A stretch of DNA of 32,892 nucleotides from Octopus bimaculoides (GCF_001194135.2 NC_068987.1:59379402-59412293), one strand, 5' to 3'. Counted from the first letter of the stretch, positions 21,328 to 32,525 are shown. Translations and numbers: made by a program. Notes: generated from the sequence alone by a model not told the origin.

Positions 21328-21975
21328 AATAATCCTTTCTACTATAGCCAAAAGGCCTGAAATTTGGGGGTGGGGATTAGTTGATTATATCGACCTCAGT
21401 GCTCAATTGGAACTTATTTCATCGACCCCGAAAGGATGAAAGGCAAAGTCAACCCGGCAGAATTTGAACACAGAATGTAGAGACTAACGAAATGCTGCTA
21501 AGCATTTTGCCCGGTGTGCTAATGGCTCTGCCAGCTCGCTGCTTTAATAATAATGATAATAATCCTTTTTATAAAGGCACAGGGCCTGAATTTTGGGGGA
21601 GAGGATTAGTCGATTACATCGACCTCAGTGTTTCACTGGTACTTATTTTATCGACCCCGAAAGGATGAAAGGCAAAGTCGACCTCAGCGGAATTCGGACT
21701 CAGAACGAAGCGACGAGCGAAATACCACTATGCACTTCATTCAGTGTGCTAACGATTCTGCTAGCTCGTCGCCTTAATAATAATCCTTTCTATTAAAGGC
21801 ACAAGGCCTGAAATTTTGGTGGAGAGGACGAGTCGATTACATCGACCCAGTGTTTCACTGGTACTTGATTTATGAACCCCGAAGAGATGAAAGGCAAAGT
21901 CGACCTCGGCGGAATTTGAACTCAGAACGTACAGATAGACGTAATACCTCTAAGCATTTTGCCAGCTCGCTGTCC

Positions 21976-22035
<60 letters not shown>

Positions 22036-22471
22036 TTCAAATTTTTGCCATAAGGGCAGATTGGGAGAGGGGATTAAGTCGATTACATCGATCCCAGTAT
22101 TCAATTGGTCCTTATTTTATCGACCTCGAAAGGATGAAAGGCAAAGTTAACCACGGCGGAATTTGAACTCAGAACGAGCAAACAACGAAATACCTCAAAG
22201 CATTTTGCCCGGCGCGCTAACGATTCTGCCAGCTCGTCACACTAGCCTCCATTTAATAATAAAAATAATTTTCCACTACAAGGTTTGAAATTTGGTGGGA
22301 GGGTCCAGCCGATTAGATCGACTCCAGTACGTGACTGATACTTAATTTATCGACCCGAAAGGATGAAATGCAACGTCGGCATCGGCGGAATTTGAACTCA
22401 GAACGTGCAGATAACGAAATACCTTAAAGGATTTTGCTCGGCGCGCTAACGATTCTGCCAGCTCGCTGCCT
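21328..22471 (-). mobile_element. Head-to-tail array of five SINE A copies (about 21328-21544, 21558-21775, 21776-21976, 22030-22240, 22255-22471)
   Basis: Five successive reverse-strand family A units separated only by (AAT)n. Confidence 0.92.
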
Positions 22472-23129
22472 TTTAATAAAAATAATAACGATAATAATGA
22501 AACTTTGTGAACAAACAAAAGTTCTCACAACATTTAGAAAGTTGACAATTTCGTAATCGCTGTCTCTACATATGACGGCAAAGGCTGCATGTATTTTCGT
22601 TTTTTGTGTTAGCATGGTATCTGTTTTTATTGGATTTAAAGAGGGTGATATACCGTTAATTAAATGTCATCAAATTTCCCTCGCACCCTGTATTCATGTA
22701 GGTGTCTGTGTATGAGTGTGTGTGTGTGTGTGTGTGAGTTATTGTGCGTGCGCGCGCGTGTAATTCAGAATAAAATAATGAAAAAAATAAGGAAGTTATC
22801 TAGTGCGGGTCTTATAATCAACTGAATGAGATAACAGGACACATCATTTTTGTCTGTCCAGTCTTTATGATATCAGAATAAACACGCAAACAGAATCGGG
22901 TAGGCAGTTTTATGCCCATTAAACAATCTATTGATATTTTTACATGAAAACCGAGAAAAAGCAGTTAGAACGCCTTTGGCCTTAACCCTACTCGGTCAAA
23001 GTTGACTTAAACAATAGCAACAACAAAAACAACAGCAGCAGCAGTGGTTTTATCACGTCAGTAGCTTTATTACATCCGTTGTTTTGTTACATGCAACATT
23101 ATTTCGTTTTGTTTCTAGAAAAATCGTTC

Positions 23130-23326
23130 GTTGGATCGGCTGAATCGTTAGCACGTCGGGGGAAAAGGCATTTTAGTATTTTCACCAGCTCTTTGCGCTA
23201 TGGGTTCAAATCCCAACGAGGTTCAAGTTTACTTTTTTCATTTTTCTTTTTCCGGAATCGATGAAATGAGATACTAAGCAGCAACTGCGGCCAGTTCAAT
23301 TAACTTATCTCCAAGTTTCAGGTCAT
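23130..23326 (+). mobile_element. Degenerate SINE A abutting the hAT insertion
   Basis: GCTGAATCGTTAGCACGTCGGG, GGGTTCAAATCCCAACGAGG, GGAATCGATGAAATGAGATACTA, AAGTTTCAGGTC. Confidence 0.7.
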
Positions 23327-23334
23327 ATATAGAT

Positions 23335-25146
23335 CAGTGGTTCTCAAACTAGGGTTCGCTGTTCCCTAGGAGACCGCCAAGGGACACTGAAGTATCGAGA
23401 AAACGGGTAGCTTGAGACAGTTAATTTTAAAATTTCAAGACTTTCAATTTTACGCATGCTAACATCTTTTTTGTCGTTGATCTCAAAAACCCACGCCACT
23501 CCTACACGTTCATTTGCTAATCACATTTGTAGTACAACAAGTGTGATTGGCCGATGGAAAACATGCAGGTATAAGGGTTGATCGTGCATGTGCTGTCGGT
23601 ATTCTACGCTCATATGGTTAACCCCTCCACTATTGCAATCTACACATTTGCATGTCTCTCGCCGTTGTTATCCTCACTGGTGCATGCTCCCGCATGACCT
23701 TGCCCGTTGCCAGACACCCATTCTCATCCCGCATGGTAGCTGGGCTTTATAAGGCATGGTTGTTTTTCATGGCAATGTGTTCTGACAGAATTGTCTTCTC
23801 AACGGTTATCAATTCACGGAGGTTTATCTACGGATAAAACAACTCTCACATACGCTTAGGTTTTCTTTCACAAATAACTGTGAGAGATAAGCATTATTTC
23901 TAATTAGTACACCCAAAAGCTGGCTACAATAAGGCTTATATGCACACCCGTAGTATATGATAAATGCGAAATAAATATACACTGTAGTTATATTAAATTG
24001 GTTTACTCAAATTTATCTTTTTTTACAATGCCTCCGAAGAAAAAAAAATAAGATATGGCGAATCTTATTTGAAATTCGGTTTTAAAGCCTAGTGGAGAAG
24101 AGAAGCCACAGTGTCATTTTGTGATCCAAGGTTTTGGCATCTACTGCATTGAAGCCCAGCAAGTTAAAGAAGCACTTTGAAGCGAAGTATCCCAGTTCAA
24201 TAAACAGAGATGTCTGGCGAAATCCACACTTGATCACACAAGAATGTTTAGCTGGATATTACGGCTGGTTTGAAAACAGCCTTCGAGGTTTCAAGGAAAA
24301 TAGCTGTTGTCAAAAAACTCTCACAATATCGGCGAAGAGTTGATATTGCCTCGCTGCAAAGATATCATATCGATTATCCTAGGAAGTTCTGAACTTCAGA
24401 AGCTGAAGCATGTCTCTCTCTCAAACGAGACGGTTAGCAAGCGAATAACTGGGCTGTCTGATAACATGCCGTCGCAGGTGGTCTCGAAGAATCACAATTC
24501 GTGTTTTAACTTTTTCGCGATCCAATTTGATGAAACGATGGATGTTGCCAACTTAGCCCAACTTTACGTCTATGTACATAACAAACACCTGGAAGACGTA
24601 TTCCTGTTTTGCGAAACCTTCAGCACCAAAACAACCGCAAGGTAAATATTTAACAAATTGGACAAAGTTTTTGAGGCACATGATATCAACTGGGAGCATG
24701 TCATTGGCGTGTACATCGCTCCGGCGATGCTTGGTTGCCGCTCCGGTTTTCAGACTTTGGTGGAAGAAAAGTCCCCAGGTATATGACCTGCAGTTTCTTT
24801 CTGCCAAATGGGTATAAATGGGTTTTACACAGTTATTAATACAGAATACTCGGGATATTTTCGGACTATTTTCGTTTCTCATTTGTTTTATAACGAATTG
24901 ATCAATTGATTCCCCATATTTTCATGTGTATTTATTGTACGCCAATGGGCGTCGTTTAAGTTGGGATTTTCGGGGTTGCGGGTTTATGGGCAGTGCAGTT
25001 CATAGTCCGGGAAATATGGTACACGAATGTATGTAATTTTTTGCATATTAATTATCCTGCATTTTAAAGGGGACCGTGAATAATCGAAAAAAAAAAAAAG
25101 CTATAAGAGAACCGGCACAAATTTTTTTGAAAATTTTGAGAACCAG
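23335..25146 (+). mobile_element. Internally deleted hAT (Buster/Charlie-type) transposon, ~1.8 kb
   Basis: Left TIR CAGTGGTTCTCAAACT; right end TTTTGAGAACCAG (TIR with apparent 2-nt loss); flanks ATATAGAT (23327-23334) / ATAGAGAT (25147-25154), 7/8; contains transposase remnants. Confidence 0.8.
24028..24786 (+). pseudogene. Frameshifted hAT transposase N-terminal half (ZBED5/ZBED8/FAM200-like family)
   Basis: Fragments YGESYLKFGF, EEKPQC, KVLASTALKPSKLKKHFEAKY (BED finger), HNIGEELILP..KDI, SLSNETVSKRI, FAIQFDETMDVANLAQL (catalytic D region), EDVFLFCE, IFNKLD..FE.H.INWEHVIGV and APAMLGCRSGFQTLV, spread over several frames. Confidence 0.9.
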
Positions 25147-25750
25147 ATAGAGATGCGTTGTCGTTAGTTCATCAAGCTCTTTGTCATTACATTTGACTGA
25201 TATTTGTTTGGAATTTTCCACCAATGTTAGATGGATATTGTTGACGTGACAATTTCTTATTTTTTGAACTGGCATAATATGCTATTATATTTTAATATGC
25301 ATTTCGTCATGTTATATAGTAGAAAAATTCATTGTTGACATTTGGAAGTACTCTGCAGATCACATTTATAACGTCATCCACATGTATGACATAATCAGCA
25401 TTTCGTTCAACGACACTTTTCTGTTTCTTTTGTCCAACAGAAATTTTGTAACTATCTCTTGCTCTTCCATTACAAAAGCATAACTTCTCAATTGTCAACT
25501 GATGTAACGGTATTGTATTCACTGGAGGCATATTCTCCGAGAATTTCTCCTCTAATTCATTTGTTAACGCAAGTCTATCCATCTGGGAACGCTTATTTCG
25601 ACTCGAAAACATGCTATTGTCTTCCCTCTTGAACACTTGGTTGGTGGAGATATCGTGCAACGTTTAACTTACTGTTTCTACCGATCTATAGTTTCTTTCT
25701 CTGTCTTTTCTTTTGAGATAAAAGCTGTTAATATTATTATTTATATGTAA

Positions 25751-25963
25751 GGCGGTGACCTGGCTGAATCGTTGGCACGTCGGGCAGAATGCTTAGCGGC
25801 ATTTCGTCCGTCCCTACATTCTGAGTTCAAATTCTGCCGAAGTCGACTTTGCCTTCGGGGAATCGATAGAATAAGTACTAGTTGTCCACTGGGGTAGATG
25901 TAATCAACTTACTCTTCCCCTAAAATTGCTGATCTTGTGTCAAAATTTGAAACCAATATTACT
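25751..25963 (+). mobile_element. SINE A, tail type ii
   Basis: GGCGGTGACCTGGCTGAATCGTTGGCACG...TTCTGAGTTCAAATTCTGCCGAAGTCGACTTTGCC...AAAATTTGAAACCAATATT. Confidence 0.9.
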
Positions 25964-28843
25964 ATTTATGTGGAAACTTCTTGTAGAGGCACATCCCCTA
26001 TACTTGAAAAATAAACGGCCCTCAAATCTCAGTATCATATCTCAACTAATTTCATCTATTAAATTGCCGGTTAATTCAACAACACATAGGAGAATAAGTA
26101 AACTGGATACCGTTTATGAGACCGTTCCCACGAACATCTTCATGATATCTGCAAGAACATTAGAACATCAAATAATCCATGGTCCATAATTTCGAATTCG
26201 TCGAGACATTCTATTTTCTGCCAGTGTGTCTTCTCATATTCGTGTACGTGAGTAAAAAAAAATCATATCATTTCACTTAGCAATGGCTTCTCCAGCAGAC
26301 TTCAACAAATTTTATTTTTTTCTTAATTCATCTTCACCTTTCCCGACCTTCATTATTTAGCCTCCATTTTTATATTCACTAGCGTTCTTGCTGATGTGTA
26401 CATATATTTCATATCCACACATCCACAAATATACGTATTCTCCGCCCTACATAGATGCATTGTCCTTCTTGTTTTCAAAAATATATGTGACAGTGAACCT
26501 GAAGAAAATTAACACTATCTCTCTTTTGCGGCACATCAGGCTACTGAAAGAGAAAAAACTATGCATCTTAAGATGCTATGTTGCGGTAGAATTTGCCAAA
26601 CCATACCTGGTGGTGCATTGAGAGTGTCTAAATTCTGCTCTTTCTATACCATTGAAAAAATCGTGATATCGACTTCCTGAATTCTAGGTCTGAGTTAATT
26701 TCGTAATGTCGTCACTATAACAAGTTGCGAAAATTTACTCTATATATACAGGCTGAATATATTGTAGTTTCTCGAGTGGAATGGCTTTGAAATTGTCTGA
26801 TATTCTTGGAAGTTCTTAGACTTACTATAAATATCATGTCCTTTGCATATTCTATCCATCTTGATCTTTATTTTGTGTTGTTGAACGTTTCTTCTCAGGA
26901 GATTAAAAACTTTCTGTAAAATGGCATCTTTTCCCTCATTATTTGAATAATTCAATTTGATTATTGAATCTTGAACTACTTTTTACTTTATTTTATGTTA
27001 TTTCATTTATTTAATGATGCCCCAGCTCAGCCATAGCGTCTGGCTGAGACGACAAGAAATAATTTAATCATTGTTTTATTTTATCTTATCTATCAAAACA
27101 CCAATCTTTTTTTTTATATTTTGTATTTATGTAAGTACCGGTCATTTTTAACTATAGTGTCAATATATGGCGTTTTCCACTTAACCATTTCTAAGTCTTT
27201 TTCTTTCTTAGTTTTCTGAATTTTACTATAACTTTCTTTTTCTCTCCTTTCCCTTACACTTCAGTGCTTCGAAATCTAGAATGCTTCCACTTTTTCCTAT
27301 TCACTGCTTCTTTCTCTCGACATTCCGTCACTTATTCAATCATAATCATTACATTTTCTTAGGGCTTTCACTCTTCTCTATTCTTCTTTGCTTCTTACTC
27401 GACGAATGCAGTCATTTACATAATCATAAGCAATATTATTTCTTATTTACTTTCTCACTCCTTTCGGAGATACACCCTTTCCCCCATAACGCTACCACAG
27501 CTAATTGTATCGATTATTCTTGTAGTTCGATGAATAATTTTCCCCTTCTTTCTTTTTTATATTCTTTCTTTCTTTATCCCCTTTCTATCATACTTCTCTT
27601 TAGATTTGTTCATTCTTTCCTTTCTCGTCTTTTATGTTTCTCTATTTCTTCTATTTTTCTAAAGTGTAATTTCTATATACCTCATTGTCTTCCACTTTTT
27701 TTTTTACTTCGACACTCATATTTCTATTTATATTCCTTGTCAACTGTTAAATGTTTTAAATGCTTAACCTTAAAACTTAAAATTTCAGTATATATAAACT
27801 CCTCAATTAAATACATATCACCTTTATAAGCTATTTCTTTTATTATCGTATCTTTAATTATATCGGGAAACGGTTACTCGGTTTAAAGATGGTGTAAAAC
27901 ATTACTCTTAATTGCTGTCATTATATACACACGCATGTATTTTCTTTATTTTTTTATGTGTATATGTTTCTCATCATATGTGTTACACAGTACACTCCTC
28001 ACTTTATTGCAGCCATTTGGCGCTTCCTCATCTTTGAATATTTAGTCTGTATAACTCATTACTGCCCTTCCCTTCCCTTAACTTTCTTACTCTGGTCATC
28101 GACCGCCTATTAATACCCTTTTCGTCTGGTTATTCGTCTTTTCCTTACTCTGTTCTCTCATTTCTATCAATCCTTGGAGAAAGGTTTTGCTCGAAGCGTC
28201 ATCATTAATACCTTCCTCCTCATCAACGCATCCGAAATTATTCTAATTTGTGAATTTTATTGCATGATGCCTTTCAGCCAAAATCCTCTTTTAGACTCTA
28301 AAAAGCTTTACGATCTTCCTGAGAAAAGGTTAGTTTCATTAAGAAGTTATCTTTTCATCTCGTGATGATGATTTGATTTCAGGACCGAGTGATGCGTTGT
28401 GTTCTTCAGCAAAAAGCTTCATTTCACGTTGCTCTGCGATCACTTCAACGTCGTACAACTTGTAGATATTACAAACAATTTTGTATTTAATGCTTGGCTT
28501 GGGAAATTTTTTTTTCTTTTTTTTCAGTAACGCAATCTTTCACGCAACGTCTCGAATTCACACTTTTAAGTTTTGGGTTGGATAATTTCTTTATTTCGAA
28601 CACTCCAAATATCTTGTGTTGTTTCAGAGTGATAGCAGCTGATGAGTGATGTAAGGGAACATGTCTCCAGTGGATCTGACTCTGTCGTAGTCACATTAGG
28701 GGTCACTGAGAGGAGATAGATAGAGAGACGGGGGGAGGGGGGAGAAGCGCGCGCGCGTGCGTGTGTGAGAGAGAGAGAAATGTCAGAAATGAGAGAAAAG
28801 AGGCAATAGTTGGCTGAATCAGAAGGGGTTACCTTTCACTGGA

Positions 28844-28915
28844 ATGGGACAATGCAAGACGTGCTTCAAAATGTCAGGGTATATCCCAGTAGATAGCGAT
28901 AGATTAAAGAGCGTT
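28844..28915 (+). CDS. Candidate first coding exon (MGQCKTCFKMSGYIPVDSDRLKSV)
   Basis: ATG-initiated 24 codons ending at a consensus donor GTT|GTAAGT (phase 0), downstream of a GC/GA-rich block. No homology recognised. Confidence 0.2.
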
Positions 28916-29380
28916 GTAAGTATAGACACAGCGTCTGGTATGCATTGCTTATATACAATAGTCGTTATTGCATGTTTTCATAGAGTCCATAACATTCAAC
29001 TTGGGATTATATTTTTCTCTTTTTCTTTTACTCTCTTCAATGATAATTGAGAGATTTGAAAATATTTTTCTATTTCGGGACGGTAATTTTTTTCTTTTTT
29101 TTTTTACTTTGGCAAGTAAACACACGCACTATAAACTCGTTCTTCACTTCAGCTTTATTGTTATTCTTATTTTCCTATCTTTTGTCTGAAATCTTTCGTC
29201 ACACACCATGTGACATGGATTGCAAACGCATGACCTTCAAAGTGTGATGTGATGTAGTGGTCTTCTGTCCAAGAGAGGTTGCGCTTCGTGTCAATTCTAC
29301 TATCTTTTTCAAGCTTCTGGGCTACATTCCCATGCATAACTTTCTTTTCTTTTTTTGTATGCTGAGTGCTTTCCATTCAG

Positions 29381-29392
29381 ATCTTCTCCGAG
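29381..29392 (+). CDS. Candidate 12-nt microexon ATCTTCTCCGAG
   Basis: Long T/C tract, TGC at -21 and -14, acceptor TTCCATTCAG| and donor GAG|GTAAGA; frame-preserving. Confidence 0.4.
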
Positions 29393-29559
29393 GTAAGAGA
29401 GCCCAGCTGTTTTGGGGCTGTATAGATTATCAGGAAGAGAGTGCTTCTTGAGAAGCTCACTGCCAACTCGTACAATGTTGCTCACTTCACTTTTAAGCAC
29501 TGCACTTATATATTTATTTTTGCTGCAGTTGTGTTGCAGGTGCTGCCATGTATGTAATT

Positions 29560-29610
29560 ATGTATGTATGTATGTATGTATGTATGTATGTATGTATGTA
29601 TGTATGTATG
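29560..29610. repeat. (GTAT)n microsatellite
   Basis: Direct inspection. Confidence 0.95.
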
Positions 29611-30051
29611 CATAATTTTTCGTTCCTTTAAGAATATTGTAGAACGGAAACTTTTCATAGATTGGAATTTAAATCCTAATCTCCATAGAAATTTATTGTT
29701 TCAAGAAAACATTGAATTTGAATTACTTTTAATTTTTACGATTATAGATAACAAGTCGGACTGTAACTTCTGAGCCCGAGTCAGGCATGTATGAACGATG
29801 TGAGAACATCTACTACGGATGCTATTTTTTTTGACACATGGCACCTTTAAGACGACCGCCAGACGCTGGACGAAAATAAATAAACTGCGACCAAGCTCAA
29901 TAAACGGAGCTCCAGTTATTGGTTGCAATTACATACTTGAAGTCAGTGTTGGTAGAAATTAAAATAGCTTGCAAATACACGTTCATTTTACTAAATTTAT
30001 ACACGAGCTAAGCCCGAACAGCGCGAGAGCCGGAGTCGCAACTGATATATA

Positions 30052-30076
30052 TCTTATCTATGATATATAAATCCCG

Positions 30077-30154
<78 letters not shown>

Positions 30155-31057
30155 ATGTGTATATGTGTGTAAAACAAAATAGAGGCCGAATTTTTTAACT
30201 GATTTTCTCCAAACTGGAGAACATATATTACTTATGTTCCACAAATGGTTTTAGACTCATAAAATTTTTCGCATAATGAGTAACGGGCACCCTGGGAGCA
30301 GAAAATACCCGTTCCTTGGTTACGTAGGGAAGGGAGGTGACTCTTTGCGAAGTAACTCTCAGAAATTGATTGTTTCCTTTACATCTATTGGTCAAAAAAT
30401 TATCACAATCTCTATTGGCCCAAAAAACAACACTGTAAGTAAAATCAATGAACAGCTGCTGCAGTACCTTTCTGGAAGTATTCACATCTATAAGTCAGTT
30501 GATACAATCCCAGATCCAGAAGAAGTGGTAAATTATCCAACAGAATTTCTCAATTAATTGGAGCCTCCAGAAGTATCTCTCCACAGATTGGAACTGAAAG
30601 TGGGAACTCCAGTAATGTTATTGAAGAGTTTGGATCCACCTAACACTCTGCAATGGGACACACCTGGTAGTAAAGAAGATGATACTACATGTTACTGAGG
30701 CCACCATTCTCTCAGAATCTGGAAAAGGAGAGGATATTTTCATACCTAGAATTCCTCTCATTCCACTGAGAGCAGAAATTCCTTTTTCATTCAGAAGAGT
30801 GCTATTTCCTATTCGTATCAGCTTCGCAATGTCTATCAGTAAATCCCAGGGTCAAACACTGTCTGTGGTAGAACTTCACTTGGAAAGGTTATGCTTCTCA
30901 CACGAGCGATTAAATGTTGGCTGCTCTAGAGTGGGAAGCAAAAAAAATCTACTTGCATTTGTTCTACAAGGAAAAACAGAGAATATTGTTTGCCAAGAGG
31001 TTTTGTAGGAATTACTACATCCTACGATGCGCTCCAGTATCATTTTAATCCCGAGCA
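30052..31057 (+). mobile_element. Internally deleted Helitron
   Basis: 5' A|TCTTATCTATGATATATAAAT start followed by (TG)n (30080-30151); Pif1 helicase C-terminus; the sequence after the stop ends at CCCGAGCA where family F begins. The 5' boundary is inferred. Confidence 0.7.
30405..31008 (+). pseudogene. Helitron Rep/Hel Pif1-family helicase, decayed C-terminal ~200 codons
   Basis: PKNNTVSKINEQLL..YKSVD..VNYPTEFLN*LEPP..HRLELKVGTPVMLLKSLDPP/(frameshift)/LCNGTHLVVKK..EATIL..GKGEDIFIPRIPLIP..PFSFRR..FPIRISFAMSISKSQGQTL..CFSHERLNVGCSRV..KTENIV..EVL*. These are canonical Helitron helicase motifs; in-frame stop at 30555-30557. Confidence 0.95.
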
Positions 31058-31396
31058 CCCTTCATCAGTTGTTGTCAGTCTATCTACTCCTCATTTCGAG
31101 CATTCAACGACAGTATGAGCCTTCAAAGACAGTTGCTCCCATAAATTCTAAAATAAAATTTAGGATTTATGGAGGTCAAAGTTGGGAACAAAAAGACGAC
31201 AGTGGAGACATACATGGAAACCGAACGAAAACAAACATGGAGGGTCGTTAGACCAGAATGAGAGGAAAATAGTGAACGCTGGAAGAAATAATTTTTTGGA
31301 AAGAGAAAAGATAGAAGAGGCGACTCTCTGTACTGTTTTCTTGAATGGTCGAAATGAGGCTTAGATAGACAGCCGACAACTGATGAAGGATCCTTT
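31058..31396. mobile_element. Family F element with 50-bp inverted repeats
   Basis: 31058-31107 versus the reverse complement of 31341-31390: 43/50 identical by manual alignment. Confidence 0.75.
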
Positions 31397-32399
31397 NNNN
31401 NNNNNNNNNNNNNNNNNNNNNNNNNNNNNNNNNNNNNNNNNNNNNNNNNNNNNNNNNNNNNNNNNNNNNNNNNNNNNNNNNNNNNNNNNNNNNNNNNNNN
31501 NNNNNNNNNNNNNNNNNNNNNNNNNNNNNNNNNNNNNNNNNNNNNNNNNNNNNNNNNNNNNNNNNNNNNNNNNNNNNNNNNNNNNNNNNNNNNNNNNNNN
31601 NNNNNNNNNNNNNNNNNNNNNNNNNNNNNNNNNNNNNNNNNNNNNNNNNNNNNNNNNNNNNNNNNNNNNNNNNNNNNNNNNNNNNNNNNNNNNNNNNNNN
31701 NNNNNNNNNNNNNNNNNNNNNNNNNNNNNNNNNNNNNNNNNNNNNNNNNNNNNNNNNNNNNNNNNNNNNNNNNNNNNNNNNNNNNNNNNNNNNNNNNNNN
31801 NNNNNNNNNNNNNNNNNNNNNNNNNNNNNNNNNNNNNNNNNNNNNNNNNNNNNNNNNNNNNNNNNNNNNNNNNNNNNNNNNNNNNNNNNNNNNNNNNNNN
31901 NNNNNNNNNNNNNNNNNNNNNNNNNNNNNNNNNNNNNNNNNNNNNNNNNNNNNNNNNNNNNNNNNNNNNNNNNNNNNNNNNNNNNNNNNNNNNNNNNNNN
32001 NNNNNNNNNNNNNNNNNNNNNNNNNNNNNNNNNNNNNNNNNNNNNNNNNNNNNNNNNNNNNNNNNNNNNNNNNNNNNNNNNNNNNNNNNNNNNNNNNNNN
32101 NNNNNNNNNNNNNNNNNNNNNNNNNNTCTCCCTTCTAAAATCTACATGTTTCTTTATTCTCTCTCTGTTTATTTTCTCTTGTTCCTTTCTTTCTATTTTT
32201 CTCTTATTCCTTTCTTTTAATTTTTCAATAGCAAAATTCAAAAAATTGCCAAAATGGCTTCACAAAAATTAACAATTTCTGTTTCCCGGCACCAGGAAAC
32301 AACACAGTTCCACAAACGTTCAAAACCCAACAGTAAAACACTCAACAATCAACAGCAATTCAACAATTAACGATTTCAACATAAAAAAACTCCTCACCA

Positions 32400-32525
32400 G
32401 CAAAAACACAGCCAACGGCAAAACCGGAAGCAAGCTACTTAGCACACAGCCACTCCTGCGTATTAGGTATTAGTTTGACGTTCCAGAAGGTGAGAGTCTT
32501 TTACGTTTCGAGTCTACGCTCTTCC
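32400..32525 (-). mobile_element. Possible Penelope-like terminal repeat remnant
   Basis: Reverse strand GAAGAGCGTAGACTCGAAACGTAAAAGACT resembles the 3' half of a minimal hammerhead; its 5' part is replaced by (TA)n. Confidence 0.35.

Noticed and set aside
21328-22471. CRISPR-like array
   Set aside because: The units are ~210-bp eukaryotic SINEs separated by microsatellites; there is no repeat-spacer geometry or cas gene.
27281-27829. 182-aa F/L/S-rich ORF
   Set aside because: Low-complexity pyrimidine-rich strand naturally lacks stops; no motif.
28636-28670. CTGATGA...GGAACATGTC hammerhead-like motif
   Set aside because: Neither stem I nor stem II can form.
29529-29549. Second 21-nt microexon (LCCRCCH)
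   Set aside because: The GTATGT donor is the edge of a (GTAT)n microsatellite and so is expected by chance.
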